Source: Lama glama
Lineage: Eukaryota
NCBI GenBank assembly: GCA_028534125.1
Contig: CM052837.1
Coordinates: 3,286,001-3,350,000 of the forward strand
Direction of reading: 5' to 3'
Length of the DNA: 64,000 bases
The notes under the pieces were generated by a model. That model worked only from the letters and a program-made list of their open reading frames with translations. It did no database searches and was not told the origin of the DNA. Below, piece after piece: positions 1-10,379 of the stretch. Position numbers and translations under genes: made by a program. The first letter of the stretch is position 1. Each line of letters opens with the position of its first letter.

Positions 1-299
1 GCAGCCCTTTTGGCCTCTCAGAAATCTTAATTTCAAAGAAACTGGCTTTGGCTCAACTTCAAAGAGTTAGCTTTAAGAGACACTGATAAAAATGGTTAAA
101 AACCAGGCCTAAAATTATCTTAATTGAAAGACTTATTTGCTTATTAAGAGAGAGTGTTGGCTTTATACGGGGGTCGGTGGGGGAGGAAGTCATGTTATGA
201 AGTACCATTTGCTCAGTTTTCTGGGAAGTGGGTTGATTTTCTTTGGGTCAGACCCTCTCACCCTCTACACTGCGCGGAATAAAAGGTCATAAGCTGAAT

Positions 300-375
300 T
301 GCAATTATTGCTCAGCCAGCTGTGGTTTGGACGAGTAACTCTGTTGTACCCTCCCTAAAAATGGGAGCAATGACG
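300..375 (+). mobile_element. MIR fragment
   Basis: agctgtggtttggacgagtaactctgttgtaccctccctaaaaatgggagcaat resembles the MIR core. Confidence 0.45.
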
Positions 376-589
376 TCCACCCTCCATTCCTTGTTCGCCT
401 GCTGGCCTTTCCGCCCCAATTCCTCCATTTACTCAAGAAAATTCTTTCTGGTGCTGATTACAATCTCTTTGAAGATAGGGACGTGCCCTCTGTGGACTGA
501 CCCCGGGAGGAACTTGTCCTTACATCGAGGGCCCGGAGGGGGCGCTGCTGCGGGGGAAGTTAGTTGGTTTTAAATGAAGCATTGCTCCA

Positions 590-710
590 GGCTGTTCCCG
601 TGTTGCGCAACCCTGCTCAGGGTGACACCCACCGCCACCTCAGCCCAGCGGGGTCCTGAGGCGCAGGCGCAGCGCCGCCGGGATTCGAACCCGCCGGACC
701 AGAGCCGGCC
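590..710 (-). mobile_element. MIR remnant with intact B box
   Basis: ccgggattcgaaccc...ccagagcc matches the antisense MIR 5' (tRNA-derived) part. Confidence 0.5.
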
Positions 711-1119
711 CGAAGTCAGCGCAGGCGATCAGGGCAGCGGGCCCGGAGTGGGCGGGGCCGGCCGGCGCCCCCTCCTCCGTTTGGCGGGGCGTTCCGGCTC
801 CGCCCCGCCCCCGCGCAGAGACGAGCGCCGCGCCGCGCGGCTCCGCCCCTCCCAGGCCCCGCCCCCGCGGCTCTCCACAGCTCCTCCCATCTCTCATTGG
901 CCGAGGCGGAGACCCTCCTCTCCGTCCAATGGCCGCCGCCGCGGCTCGGCTGCCCGCGCTCTGACTGGCCAGCGAACCGCGGAGTGGCGGGGCGCCGGCC
1001 AATGGGGAGAGGAGGCTCTATGAATGGCTGGCCCGGGTGGGGAAGGCAGGAGGCGGCGATCCTGGCGGAGGGGGCCGTTCGCCAGCTCCAAGGCAGAAAG
1101 TGCCACGACTCCACACGCG

Positions 1120-1306
1120 CGCACGCAGCCAGCGAGCGGCTCGAGCGGACGGCAGACGGGGCGGGCGGCGTAGGGGTCGCGGCGCTTGCAGCTGCTTGGT
1201 GGCGGCTTCTCGGCGGAGGCTCGGCCGGCTCCTCTCTCCCGGTTCCGCGGCGGCGGCGGCGGCGGTTCCTGCCCTCTCGCTCACCCTCCCGCGTCTCCGG
1301 CTGCAG
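1120..1306 (+). other. RRBP1: RRBP1 exon 1 (non-coding 5' UTR); start approximate
   Basis: Strong donor CTGCAG|GTAAGA (GT at 1307) inside the CpG island, downstream of the CCAAT boxes; no ATG in the segment. Confidence 0.8.
1248..1265 (+). repeat. (CGG)6 microsatellite in 5' UTR
   Basis: Six consecutive CGG units read directly. Confidence 0.9.
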
Positions 1307-2414
1307 GTAAGAAACTTGGCCGGGCCCTGCAGCAGTGGCGGCAGCGGCGGCGCGCGGGGCCGGGCCGTCGGGGCGGCGGGGCCCGAGCCTGGGCCGGCCG
1401 CGCGGCGAGTGACACGTCTCCTTGGCGGCCCCTCCCCCGGCGGCGCCGCCTGCCGTCGCCGCGGCCGCGGACCCTCGGGGTCAGGGCGGACTCGGGGGGC
1501 GTGTGCAGGGCTGAACCCCGTGCAGGGGCGTCGGCCGAGCGTGCCCGCCGGGTGGACCCCACGCCCCTCGCCGTCGGCAGGACCTGCGGCGGCCCCGTGG
1601 CACTACGTGGCCGCCCCTCCCTCCCCGCCGGGCCGTCGGGCCNNNNNNNNNNNNNNNNNNNNNNNNNNNNNNNNNNNNNNNNNNNNNNNNNNNNNNNNNN
1701 NNNNNNNNNNNNNNNNNNNNNNNNNNNNNNNNNNNNNNNNNNNNNNNNNNNNNNNNNNNNNNNNNNNNNNNNNNNNNGGGGGACGGGCGGAAGGCGGCGG
1801 AGGCCGGCCGGGGGGAGGGGGCGGGATTGAATGGGGTCCCCGCCGGCCGAGCGCACCCGCCTGCGGGCTGCGGCCCCGGGGCGCAGCAGGGGCAGGGCGG
1901 CCCCGACGGAGCGGGCGGGGTCCGCGGGGCTGCGGGGCACGCCGTGCGGGGACCCGGGCCGTCCGGGTCCGGGCGCCCGGCGACCGCGGTGGCAACTTCC
2001 CGGAGTGCAGGAGGCGGCTCCCTGCTCCCCCTGGCGGCGGGGCCGGGGGAGCCTTTTCCCCGGCCGCTCAGCGCGGACCCTGGCGCGAGGGCTCCCGGCG
2101 GGGGACTGGGGCACCCCGGGCCCTGCCCGGCCTGCCCCGCCCCGCCCGCGCCGCGATGAATGGGCCGGCGGTGCCAGGCTCCGGCGGAAGCAGCACCTCC
2201 GGCCCGGCCGGCCAAGCGCGCTGGCAGCCGGCCTGGCGTCCGTCCCTGGCCGCCGGTCTCCCCGGCCGCGCCCTGGGCAGGGGAAGGCGGGCTGGGATCC
2301 ATGCTTCCAGCGCAGCACCTGGGAAACCTCAGGAAACCCTTCCCGGATTGTAGAACACAAATGGTAGCTCGGTATGGTGTCGCGGCCGAGGGAGTGGGCT
2401 TTTGAAAGCCCGAC

Positions 2415-2540
2415 GCCGTTGAGTGACCTCGGCCAAGCTGTTTGACTCCGGTTTCCGCTTCCACGTCTCAGAAACGGGGCTGCTGATCTTGTCTACTTGA
2501 GAGAAAGGCTGTGAAGACCGAGCACACGTATGGAGTAGTC
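2415..2540 (+). mobile_element. MIR fragment
   Basis: gagtgacctcggccaagctgtttgactcc...ttccacgtctcagaaacgggg...ggctgtgaagac. Confidence 0.55.
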
Positions 2541-3786
2541 AACAAGTGTTGGCTGTTACTGTTGGATGAGTTTTAGGGATATTTGGGGCCTGGGAGGGAG
2601 GTGGGGTCTGGGTTTGGCCCCAGCCTGCCGGCTTCGGATACAGGCTCGGCACCTCCCAGGGTCTGGAGTCCACCCTCATGCCACGTTTACAGACCCTCTG
2701 CTCGGGTTTCTTAGCCTGTCTGAACCTGGGTTTCCTTATCTGTAGCCTGGAGAGAGAACCACCACACACAGTAGGGTCAGGCAGCCACCCAGGTAAGTGC
2801 TGGGAAAAACAGACCTTGTGCAAACAGAAGGCAGTTTGGCAATAACTCCTGGAGGTTGGAGGTCAGCAGAGACTAGGAAGCACCAAGGAAACGAAACTTT
2901 GGCGGCTCTTGGGAGCCTCTCAGGTCATTGTTTGCTGGGTGTGCTGGAACCTTCAGAGCAGGGGCATCTGGGTGGCGTTATCTGGAGTTTGGGGAAGGGA
3001 GTCCAGTAGGGCCTCACACCCTAGCTCAGCGCTCTCTTCGAAACTCCGGCTGTTGAGCGTCCCCAGAAACTGGGGTCTTTTGTTCAGCACTTCCAGGAGG
3101 AGCAGCTGCGTGGTTTACACCAGCCCTGCACAGCTGGGGGGCACTCTGCCCCCCCTTTATATTTTTCTCTGTGCTTCATCGTCTTAACTTCCCGTTCATC
3201 CGACACCAGAGGAAGCTTGGTGACCCCGCAGCGTGCTGCTCACTATGGTGACGTCTCAGTTCCTTTATGAACTTTCCAAAGGTCAGCGCCAGTGTAGGCT
3301 GCCAACTTGTTTCCCTTCCAGAAAGAAGCTTCCGGTTCTGAGGTCCTGGAGATGCCACTTCCCTCTCTATTTAAGCAAAGGAGGAGAAATGAAGGCCGAC
3401 CGTGGGGCAGTGCAAACCTGCTTGCAGGGTTTTTGGGCCCATAGCGGCTGGGAGGGGGGCGAGAAAGGTGCCTTGGTGTCTAGAAACAGTGTCCAGCACG
3501 TGGAGCCTGTAGGCTCTGGGCTGTAACAGAGCTCTCATCTTTCATAGTTAGGAATCAGTCTCTGAACAGAGATTAAGAAGTTAGATTGGTACCTTGGTGC
3601 ATGAATATGTTTTGGTGATGGGAGAGTTTAAATAAATCTCAAATCTTTGAGTCACATTTGAGCAATTATGCTCTTTGCTGAAATGAGCCCTAAGTCAGTA
3701 GGCTGCAGTGATTATGTAGCACCCAATTGCATGCGAGTGGTTGAATGCAAATGATTTGATTGGAATACTGGTTTATTATGTGGCAG

Positions 3787-3861
3787 GGACACCTTTTAAA
3801 AATATCAGGACTGCAGACGACTCCTGCTAGTTGCTTTATTCCAAAGAGCTGTGATGAGGAG
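3787..3861 (+). other. RRBP1: Probable RRBP1 exon 2 (75-bp non-coding exon)
   Basis: Acceptor tttattatgtggcAG|GGAC and consensus donor GAG|GTGAGT; unique sequence; size and position fit my recollection of a short second UTR exon in human RRBP1. Confidence 0.65.
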
Positions 3862-4546
3862 GTGAGTGACGTGTAGGCAGGGAGTCAACAGTTCTTTTGA
3901 GAATCCAGGTTTCTCTTTGCTAAAAAATCTCATTTCAGGAGGAAAAAAAATAATAGTCAGTTAGAATTATGAAGGATGAGATTGTTCTGTCCATTTGTCC
4001 ATCCTGGCCCTGCAATGGTTAAGGCCTGGCCTGTAACCCAGAAAACGGTGGCCAAACGAGGCAGACCCCCACACCTGGTAACTTCTCTCACTGGTTGTCC
4101 AGCTATCTCACTGGACAACTGAGGCTGAGCCCAGTTTGATTTTTAAGGTTTACTATTCAGAATCAGCCACAGCTTTGATGTACACCTAGGCCTCACAGGT
4201 GCCCCTTTCTGTAGAGTGATGTTGTTGTTCCCGTCTTGTGAATGAGAATGTGGAGGCCCAGCAGTCAGGTGGTCACCAGGCCAGTTCCCGTTGCCCAGCT
4301 GCTGGGTGAATGTTCACCTGCAGGCTGTATAATTCCACACTCGCTGGTCCGGTAACTCCCCAAGGGAGCACCTGAAACTAGAAGACAGAAATTAAGAGCT
4401 TCAGTGGGACTCAGTGTAAAATGTGGCAGTGCCAAGAAAGTGCTTTTAATTTAATTTCTTTCTCAAGCATCTCCTGTGTGCTAGGCCTTCAAACGCTGTC
4501 TCAAGCAAAGCTCTCGCTTGTCTCAAGAAGCTCCTGTCTAGAACTC

Positions 4547-4720
4547 TGCTGTCCAGCACGGTAGCCACGTAGAGGTATTTAAACTTCATTAAAGTTAAAT
4601 GAAATTTAAAATTCAGTTCTCAGTCACACTCGCCACAGTTCAAGTGCCTGGTGCCACGTGTTGGTTCAAGCGGACTTCGAGCTTCCCCGTCTTCACAGAG
4701 TTCTCTTGGGCAGCGCTGTC
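4547..4720 (-). mobile_element. MER3-like hAT-Charlie DNA transposon fossil
   Basis: Terminal ctgctgtccagcacggtagccac ... ttgggcagcgctg and internal ttaaaattcagttctcagtcacact. Confidence 0.75.
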
Positions 4721-4755
4721 CAGAGGTGGCTGGGATTCTGATCGTTTAGAGAAAT

Positions 4756-4836
4756 TGTCGTGTTGAACCGTATGAAGTGGCCATTCTGTGGGTTAAAGAC
4801 AGCTGCTTAGCGGCGGTTCTGCACTTCAACCTAATA
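4756..4836. mobile_element. MADE2-like mariner MITE (~80 bp)
   Basis: gttgaaccgtatgaa ... ttcaacctaata inverted termini. Confidence 0.65.
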
Positions 4837-5834
4837 AGCTGTCACTTAGAAAGCAATTATTCCTGACTGTGTGTGTGCATTATAAATTGCATTTTAAGGG
4901 AAGAAAGTGGGAAGGGGGGTGCAGCACAGATAGTGGCCCGGCCCTGGAGAGAGTCTCACCTAACACCAATGCATCAGAGTGGTCGGATGTACCAGACACA
5001 GAAAACAGGTACTGGGCAGAAAGCATGTGGCTTGTAGGGTCAAGTAAATATTTAATTCTAAGTGAGCGCCTGGGCAGGAAGGCCACTTAGCGTTATAGAA
5101 AAGTAACCCCGGGGACTTCCTAGGCGGCTCTGTTCTTAGGCACACAGGTTCTGATCTGTCTCCTGAAACAGGCGAGCTGACTCCCACGTCTGAAGGCCAG
5201 ACACATCTCACGGGTTTCCTTGAAGCACTGTAAGTGACACGTATCTCCCACCTGTCTGGCAACAGGAAGCAACTTTAATTTATAGAGAAAGTTTTGTAAT
5301 GTGTACATTTGATTATTTTGGCAAGGCTGGAACACCTGCCTGGTCTCGAACCTGACACGTTCCAGGGTGCTGGCGTTTTCCTGCTTGGCTGGCGTAAGTT
5401 GTTTCCTGGCTCTTTGCAGGGCTCTGTTTTACTGTGTGTAACTTTGGAAGGATCATTGGGTCGTATTTGGGGAGAAGGTTGGAAGTCTTGGCTGGCCTAG
5501 TGGCCTCATCTTCCTATTCCGTGTAGAATAGTTGTCAGACCGGTTAACAGAGAACCGAGACTGATGGGCAATGAGTTTCTTGTTGGTCAGAGAGGAGGTC
5601 CACGAGGATGGTGCCGGGAGTTATCAACTGTTTATAGTGATAATGAGTATCACCTGCTGGCTCAGAAGCTGGACTAAAAGTCCCAAAGCTTTAATTCTCT
5701 TCCCTAACCCTGGCTGAGGTGTGAGTGAACCAGGCTCGTTTCAGGCTGTCTTGGGACTGGTTCCACGCTGCTGGTCTGCATGGATTGAACTTGGTCAGCC
5801 CATGAGGTTGGCCAGCTCTATGTCACTAAACAAC

Positions 5835-6050
5835 TAGCCACATTTAAAAATGGAGAATTTGTTGTTAAAATCTAGGTTTTTGGGTTCTCTTGGAGAAAAC
5901 GGGGATTTCTGGGCCACATCAGGTCTGGTTCCTTGTGTGGCGGCCGTGGTGGACTGTGGCCGCCCTCCCTAGGCAGGTCCTGCGCTCTTCCCCAGCAGCC
6001 TCCCCTCACTGACAGTACACGTCTGGGTACTGGCGGTCCCCGAGGGCACT
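5835..6050. mobile_element. MER102-like hAT fragment
   Basis: gccacatttaaaaatggagaattt...ttctcttggagaaaacggggatttctgggccacatc resembles the recalled consensus. Confidence 0.45.
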
Positions 6051-6289
6051 GCCTGCCTAGCATCTGAGAGCAAAGAGGAATTGGAAGGGGTCTGGGCGTG
6101 ACCTGAGTGGTCACCAGTGTCTCCCACTGAGCTGCAGCTGGGTGCAGAGGGCCACTGGTTGGGGGTTCTAATCCGCAAAGTAAGTGGTGTGACCTTGGAC
6201 GTGACTTTTCTCCTCACTGGGCTTCAGTTTCCTCTTGGTGTAAAGTGAAACTAGGCCAGGTGGCTCATTGTACAGGCCGCAGACCTTGG

Positions 6290-6970
6290 TTTCTCCTTAA
6301 CTCCTTGCTTTCTCGTACTTGTATCCTGTACAACAGCAGATCCTGTAAGCTCCACCTTCAAAATAGTCCATCCATTCTCACCACGTCCACTGGTACCACT
6401 CTGGTGCAAACCGCTCTCGTCTCCCAGGTTATTTCACTAGCTCCAAAGTGGTCTCTCTGCCTTTGCCATCACCGTCTGCCTTCTAGTCTTTTCCCAGAGC
6501 AGATCATGTCAGCCCTGTGTTCAAGACCCTCCTTAGCCAAAGTCTGTACAGTGGCCAAGGACCCCAGTCTCTCTCTGGCTGTACCACTACCCTCCCCCAT
6601 CCTCTGCTCCTGGCATGCTAGCCTCCCTCTGTTTCTTCAGCATGCTTCTGTCTCAGGGCCTTTGCATGTGCTGTTGCTCTCCATAGGGAGCTTTTTTCCA
6701 GACAACCACATGGCTTGCTCTCCCACTGCCTTCAGGTCTGTACAGTGTTACATCCCTGACCACCCAATTTAAAGTGACAGCCTCCAAAATCCCACTTCTC
6801 TGCATGACTTTCTCTTCATTATCACCACCTGATGTGTCACTATGTGGCTGACTTTGTCATTTCTGCACCGGAGTGTAAGCTCTCCCAGGGCAGGGATGTG
6901 TGCACTTTGCTTCTCTGAGGCGCCCCTAATGTCTGAACAGTGGCTCACAGCAGGTGCCCATCCTTGCTGA
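6290..6970 (+). mobile_element. LINE-2 3' portion
   Basis: gcctttgcatgtgctgtt and the 3' end gagtgtaagctctcccagggcaggga...cacagcaggtgccc. Confidence 0.8.
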
Positions 6971-8439
6971 GCTGACGGAGAGATGATTTTCTTGTTCTCG
7001 TGCTCTGTGTGCATATGATAATTTAGCCTCAAGTAGTGTGGATTCCTAGGGCATCAAATATAAACACAAAAATCATATTCCAAGGCCAAGCAATTTTTGG
7101 ATTCCCTCCAGCCTGGCTCCAGTTGGGAAGCTGACAGTTAAACTCGCGGATGGCGGTGTCCAGCGTGGGCCCCTCTGCACCGCCAGCAGAAGCCGGGGCT
7201 CTGAAGTGACCCTTAGCAGAAGGCTTGGGCGTGTGCTCTCTCCCAGGTGCCATGCATCTGCTGGCGGTTATATTGATCTGAGCGCTACGTGTTTCTCTGC
7301 TGTCCGTCATCCAGGTGGGGGGCCACGCCAGGACTGGCCCTTCCGTGGGCTTGCCCTGGTTCCAGGAGGAGGATCCGCAGGGAGCATCCTTTATTTCTCG
7401 GAGTAGCTGAGCTTATCGGTGACTGGGCACGCACCAGGGGACACAATGGTGTTTTTGGTTTGAACAGTGTGCTGGCTCTGAAAAGAGGTGGGTTCTGTGT
7501 TCCTTGGTGGGAGGAGGGGCAGTTCTTTTCTTGTGGTTGGTGTTCCAGGCCCCCTGCTTTGGGCAGACTTGGTCAGACTGAGGAGGAAGAGGGGCCAATG
7601 AGATTAGCCTCCGACCTCCCCTGAAGTGCATGGCAGCAGGGGAGGGGGTGGCGGTCTGTCAGAGCCCCCTCCAGGCCGAGCCCCCACCCCTTGTTTCGTC
7701 TCCTCTGTTCCTGCTTTTGCTTTTAGGCAAAAAGGTGAAAAGTAGACCCTGGATTCTCGGCCCTTCCTGACGGGAGGATCTGGCCTGCTTGTTGCACACA
7801 GAACCGGCAGGGACCAGGTTCTGGCCCTAAGCCCAGACAGTCTATTTTTCTGGAACTTTTCATTCAGTGCTCAGAATGTACAACTCAACTGTAGCAAAAA
7901 CTGTTTTCTTTTTGATTAAGACTCATCTTGAATAGGAATTGGGTGTAGCTTTATTTCTGTCGAGCACGTTTTTCGTTTCTTTGTGAGTTCTAGGTCTTTG
8001 TAGCAACAAGAAAGAGAAAGCCTAGTTTGGGGAGGTGCGTAGTACCCGCAGCGACCGGGGGAAGGAGTCTAGGCTGAAGACAGCTGCCCGGTGGCGGTTC
8101 TGCGCCCTAACTGCTTGTCGTGCTGTGAGGGCCGTGACAGGGTCAGCCCTGCTGCGACTCTGAAGCCCAGTGCCCTCTCCTGCGTTGTCGCTTCCCTCTC
8201 AGCTTGGAAGCCCCTGGGCCTTATTCTGAAGTTGGGTTTCCAGAGCCGCTGGGGTCAGTGCGGTGGGCCACGGACAGCGAGGGTCTGTGGGGCCGCCCGC
8301 CTTGACCCCGGCCCCAGCTCCCCACCTGGTGGGAGAGACTGTGAGGTGATGCGAGTGGACGTGCTGTCACGGATCCTCCAGGCATTTACGATGCTCCTCC
8401 TTCAAGAACCGTGAGATTCATTTTCCGACCCAAGCCGGC

Positions 8440-9000
8440 ACGTGGATGTATATTTCACTCTTTACTAAGTGAAATACACGTAGGAAAACGCACTGTCCTG
8501 AGTCCACAGCTCAGTAAACCTCCACAAAGTTGCACCCTGTTTAACCAGCAGACCAAGAAATGATATCCCCCAGTGAGCTCCTCTCGCACCCCTTTGGGTT
8601 ACTGCTGCTCCCCGAGGGTCGCTGCTCTCCTGACCTTTGGCTCACGGACGTCTTCCGCCTGCGGGTGACCTCAGGGTACGTGGAGTCACACGACCGGTGC
8701 TCTTTTGGATCTTTGATTCGACGTTACACGTTACACGTGAGACGTGTGAGCGTGAGACCATCCCGTCCGTGCTGTTGGGTTTCTTGTGGTCCGCGTTCCC
8801 ATTGTAGGCGCCTGGCATGTCACTGCAGAGGGGAACTTGGATAGTTTCCACCTTGGGGCTTATGTTATAATACACTCTAAGTTACATTATATTATAAAAT
8901 ACAGCCTTGCCCCTGACCTTGGTGACTACTTGTCCACGTTTCCCCGGGTCAGTTCCGAGGCGTGGGACTGCGGGCCCCAAGGAGGGCTGTGGTCAGCTCT
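8440..9000 (-). mobile_element. Old L1 (L1MB/L1MC-type) 3' end
   Basis: aagtgaaatacacgtaggaaaacgcac...cacagctcagtaaacctccacaaag pattern of an antisense L1 3' UTR. Confidence 0.6.
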
Positions 9001-10379
9001 GGGCGAGACTGCCAGCCTTCTCCTCAAGGTGCGGGTCCTGACTTGTGCTCCCACCGGCAGTGTAGAGAGCTCAGGGCATACTCTGCAGTGGCTGAGTAAG
9101 CAGGAACCCGGGTGAAGTTTGAGTTACTTTTGCTGTTGATGAGAAGTTCCTCACTCGTGTGTCCTAGAGGTGGGAGTGGCTGGCCTCAGAATTCATCAAA
9201 GGTGGGCCTGTGCAAAGGGCTTGCGAAAAGGGCCTGATTTTGCTGCTGATGAGCAAAGGCTGTCTCTTAACCACAGATCCAAGTGAAAGGCAGCCCTTCG
9301 CAGGAGTTAAATGAGGGGAGGAGTTCACAGAGCTTTGATCTGCAGATAGAGTTCTTTATCAGACGCCCCCCCCCCGCCCCTGAGTCCCACCCAGGTAAAT
9401 GGCGGGGGTGTTGGAGTGGTAAGTGGGTTTCTTCAAAACGAAGGAGCTAGCAGTTGGGTACTACAGGTCATTCAGCCTGACTCCCACATTTCTAACCAGG
9501 ACATCTGCCCACCTCCCTGAATCCTGGGCAGAGACCAGGAGTGGTGGTGTGGGGTCCTCTCCTCCTGGGATGGATGCGTACCCAGGTTTGGATCTGGATG
9601 GCTCTCCAGCACAGCAGTCCTCCGATCACAGTGTAGGGATGATCTCCTTTTCCCTTAAAGAGCTTGCTTGGCAGGGATTTGGTTTGGCTTGGAGGGACAA
9701 CAGTGCCAAATGTAAGAAGGTTGAGGAAGTAAGGGGACCCTGTGTTCTGGTGACGGGGTGGGCTGGGTGGGCTGGACTCAGGTGGTGCTACAGAACAGAT
9801 TAAAAACACCTCTGGAAAGCATTGAATGAAACACCTTTGGAAAGCATTGAATGACTTGGAAGATAGTTAAGAGATACAAGTCTCAGAGCAAGAGGTCACC
9901 CTGGACAATGAGCACAATCCTGAGGGCATTTGGTGAACTGGACAAACTGAGTTCTGACGGCATCTCTGGGCACCGGGGCAGAGGTCAGGGTGGGCAGAAT
10001 GATGGAAGCTGTGCCTGTAGAGCTGGAACCCCTGAAGGCCCCTGCACCCCCAGGGTGAAGGCGAGTCAGAAGTGAGCCTGTTCCCCTCCCAAGACGCGCT
10101 CATGAGCTGTCCCACATGCAGATCCCGTGACCTAAGTGGTGGAAAATTCTCCAGCCAATTCTGGTTCTTTGTGGAGGATGCTCCTGGACCGGTCCACAAG
10201 CAAGCAGGTCTTTTAGCACCACACCTTTATCCTGGGCTCAGTGAATCCCCTGGTATAATTTTCAGGGCAAATGAGCATCCCTAGTTGAGAGCAACCCAAC
10301 ACAAAGAATGCTGCCCTCAGTGATTGAGGACTGGCAGGAACATCTGAGATACGGGACAGTGAGTGGTGGACACAGAGTA

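Larger units (their letters stand above)
530..2400. promoter_or_regulatory. RRBP1: CpG island / RRBP1 promoter with GC boxes and CCAAT boxes
   Basis: Very high GC and CpG density; GGGCGG/CCGCCC boxes at ~750-870; ATTGG at 896, CCAAT at 926 and 999; no clear TATA; spans exon 1 and a 135-N gap (1643-1777). Confidence 0.9.

Noticed and set aside
926-1017. Canonical ERSE (CCAAT-N9-CCACG)
   Set aside because: Neither CCAAT has CCACG at the required spacing.
574-2464. Many long overlapping ORFs on both strands (up to 438 aa)
   Set aside because: Low-complexity Gly/Ala/Arg/Pro products of a stop-poor CpG island; several run through an N gap.
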